64,000 nucleotides of DNA, from the NCBI RefSeq assembly GCF_963921235.1, contig NC_086111.1:58094001-58158000 (forward strand). Reading direction: 5' to 3'. This DNA is from Mobula hypostoma (Eukaryota). The position numbers and the translations under genes were made by a program. The notes under the pieces were generated by a model. The model was not told where the DNA came from and did not search any database. It saw only the letters and a list, made by a program, of their open reading frames with translations. Of this stretch, positions 62,122 through 64,000 are shown in pieces. Within the stretch, counting starts at the first letter, position 1. Each line of letters begins with the position of its first letter.

Positions 62122-62480
62122 ATAAGACATAGGAGCAGAATTAGGCCATCTGGCCCATCGAGTCTGCTCCACCATTCAATCATGGCTGATACTTTCTTTT
62201 CCCCTCCTCAACCCCAGTTCCCAGCCTTCTCCCAATAACCTTTGGTGCCATGTCCAATCAAGAACCTATAAATCTCTGTCTTAAATACACCCAACGACCT
62301 GGTCTCCACAGCTGCATGTGGCAACAAATTCCACAAATTCACCACCCTTTGGCTAAAGAAATTTCTCCGCATCTCTGTTTTGAAAGGGTGCCCCTCTATC
62401 CTGAGGCTGTGCCCTCTTGTCCTAACTCCCACCATGAGAAACATCCTTTCAACATCTACTCTGCCTAGCCTTTCAACATT
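62122..62480 (-). mobile_element. CR1 3' end
   Basis: ORF 62208-62444 RTRGHSLRI..RRNFFSQRVVNLWNLLP; tail ctcctatgtcttatg. Confidence 0.92.
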
Positions 62481-63607
62481 AAAATTGGCAAGGTACCATA
62501 TTTGTCATGAACAGATTGTAATAAAAAGTTGCATGCTGAACTTTCTGATCACTATAACTCCTAAGAGAACAATTTCATTCACAGTCATGAGAATAGTGGC
62601 CAGTCATGATACACCTGCAGTCTACTAAGCCCCATAAACAATGCAAATGTTGACAAGTTGCTTGGGAGTACTCCATAATGGAAGATAACAGAGCAACAGC
62701 CACAGAATTGAAGAGAAGCTATACAACAAACCTTGGTCTTTTTGCTAACTTCACAGGAGAATGGATGCGGTCACACCTCCCTATCAGGTGTGGGTAAACA
62801 TGCCCAACGAGGATCAACAGTTGAAAAAAAAGATGGTAAGCCACAACAGCGCATTCATGCAATGGGATTTTATACAGTTCCAGGTGAAAAGAAGCAAAAG
62901 ATGCCCAAAAAGAAAAAAAATATTTACAACTAGACAAATTAAAACAAACATGTACCAAATTTTACAAATACACAGAGGCTTTCTCCACAACACACTTTGA
63001 TGTTAACTTTCCAGTATAACTATTCACCAACAGTCAAACCCAACCTCCACAGCCCTCAGCAAAGCCAAACTGAGGGTTTTAAATCTGTCTGCGTAAAGTG
63101 TAATGCACCTGCTCCCACTAACCCAGGCACTATTTTAGGATACCCCTAAATGGCCCTCGGTTCTTTTGAGCCCGCTGTCAACAAACCTTTACACCAGTGT
63201 GAGTGAAAATAAATGAAACTGTTGGAATGCTTTTGTCTAGAATCCCTGTTTTTACGAGTTGTAGGCAAGCAGAACATGTTAACTGAAGGCATTGTTTTGA
63301 TTAGTCAAGCTAGCAATTGTTTTACTGTTGGGCTGTGTAAATGGTGAACTCCCAAGAACTGCAGAATGGGAGTGCAAAGTGTGTGAACTACTGAGGAAAC
63401 TAGACCAGAGACAGAACGAGGAGGAGTGACTAACTGGGCAAAGGGTAAGATTAGCAGGAGAATTAGCATTGCCAACCTGTTCTGTTACAGATGAAGAATT
63501 AAAAACTATCTTATTGAATGATACCACTATTTTGGTATTTCTCCAACAGAGGTTTATTCCTTCAGTGCAGGAGACCTCCTACAAAAAGCTGTGTTCAAAA
63601 TGCCCAC

Positions 63608-63689
63608 TATTGTGGTATTTCAGTAATAGTTGAGTAATTTGTAAATATGTTGTTAAGCATTCTTGTTCATTTAAATAATTCATTACAGG

Positions 63690-63735
<46 letters not shown>

Positions 63736-63855
63736 GAATTGCATATATCATCATGCTACCACATCATACATGTGCACTTTGCTTACAGTAAACCTGAAGT
63801 TAGACCCGCATTTCTTTTGAATTAATTTAATGCTTTGTAGTTACAAAACATAACA
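63608..63855. mobile_element. Solo LTR
   Basis: 5-bp TSD CCCAC at 63603-63607 and 63856-63860; ends TATTGTG...CATAACA (decayed TG..CA inverted termini). Confidence 0.7.
63691..63728. repeat. (TA)n microsatellite
   Basis: Uninterrupted TA run inside the solo LTR. Confidence 0.97.
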
Positions 63856-64000
63856 CCCACCTAAAAGTCATGAAAAGAGCGAATGTAATCTCCTAATAAA
63901 AGTAAACAGGTGCTCAAGGCACCGTAAACAGCCAAAACAAAATATCTAAAATCTACACATTCAAAATTCACGGCTAGATACAAGTTACAGACTTCTTCCA

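Noticed and set aside
62700-63560. Short ORFs (62733-63000, 63279-63527) as a gene or LTR-element interior
   Set aside because: No recognisable motifs, and the adjacent LTR has its own TSD, so it is solo.

Overview
Eukaryotic genomic DNA from a vertebrate, most likely a cartilaginous fish (ray or shark). That assignment is inferred from the repeat mix: HER1/CR1 LINEs with an SGNH-esterase ORF1, HE1-like V-SINEs, a DeuSINE-like relic, Rex1/Babar LINEs and many Penelope-like elements. I recognise no intact host protein-coding gene, so the window looks intronic or intergenic. The long ORFs I can identify are decayed transposon ORFs or their antisense shadows. About half the window is interspersed repeat, often nested. 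The most notable observations are: (1) a 28S rRNA fragment joined co-directionally to the 5' end of a truncated CR1, a candidate rRNA-LINE chimeric retrocopy; (2) several minimal hammerhead ribozyme motifs in Penelope remnants, one in a young 86-bp fold-back element inserted with a 13-bp TSD into an older Penelope; (3) a three-layer Penelope > Gypsy > RTE-X nest with readable TSDs; (4) a 300-bp almost fully palindromic hAT MITE; (5) SINE and non-autonomous elements that appear to have swapped LINE tails; (6) two repeat-free, motif-rich blocks that may be conserved enhancers, and a few unassigned candidate exons. All family names come from motif recognition, not database searches. Boundaries without a stated TSD are approximate.
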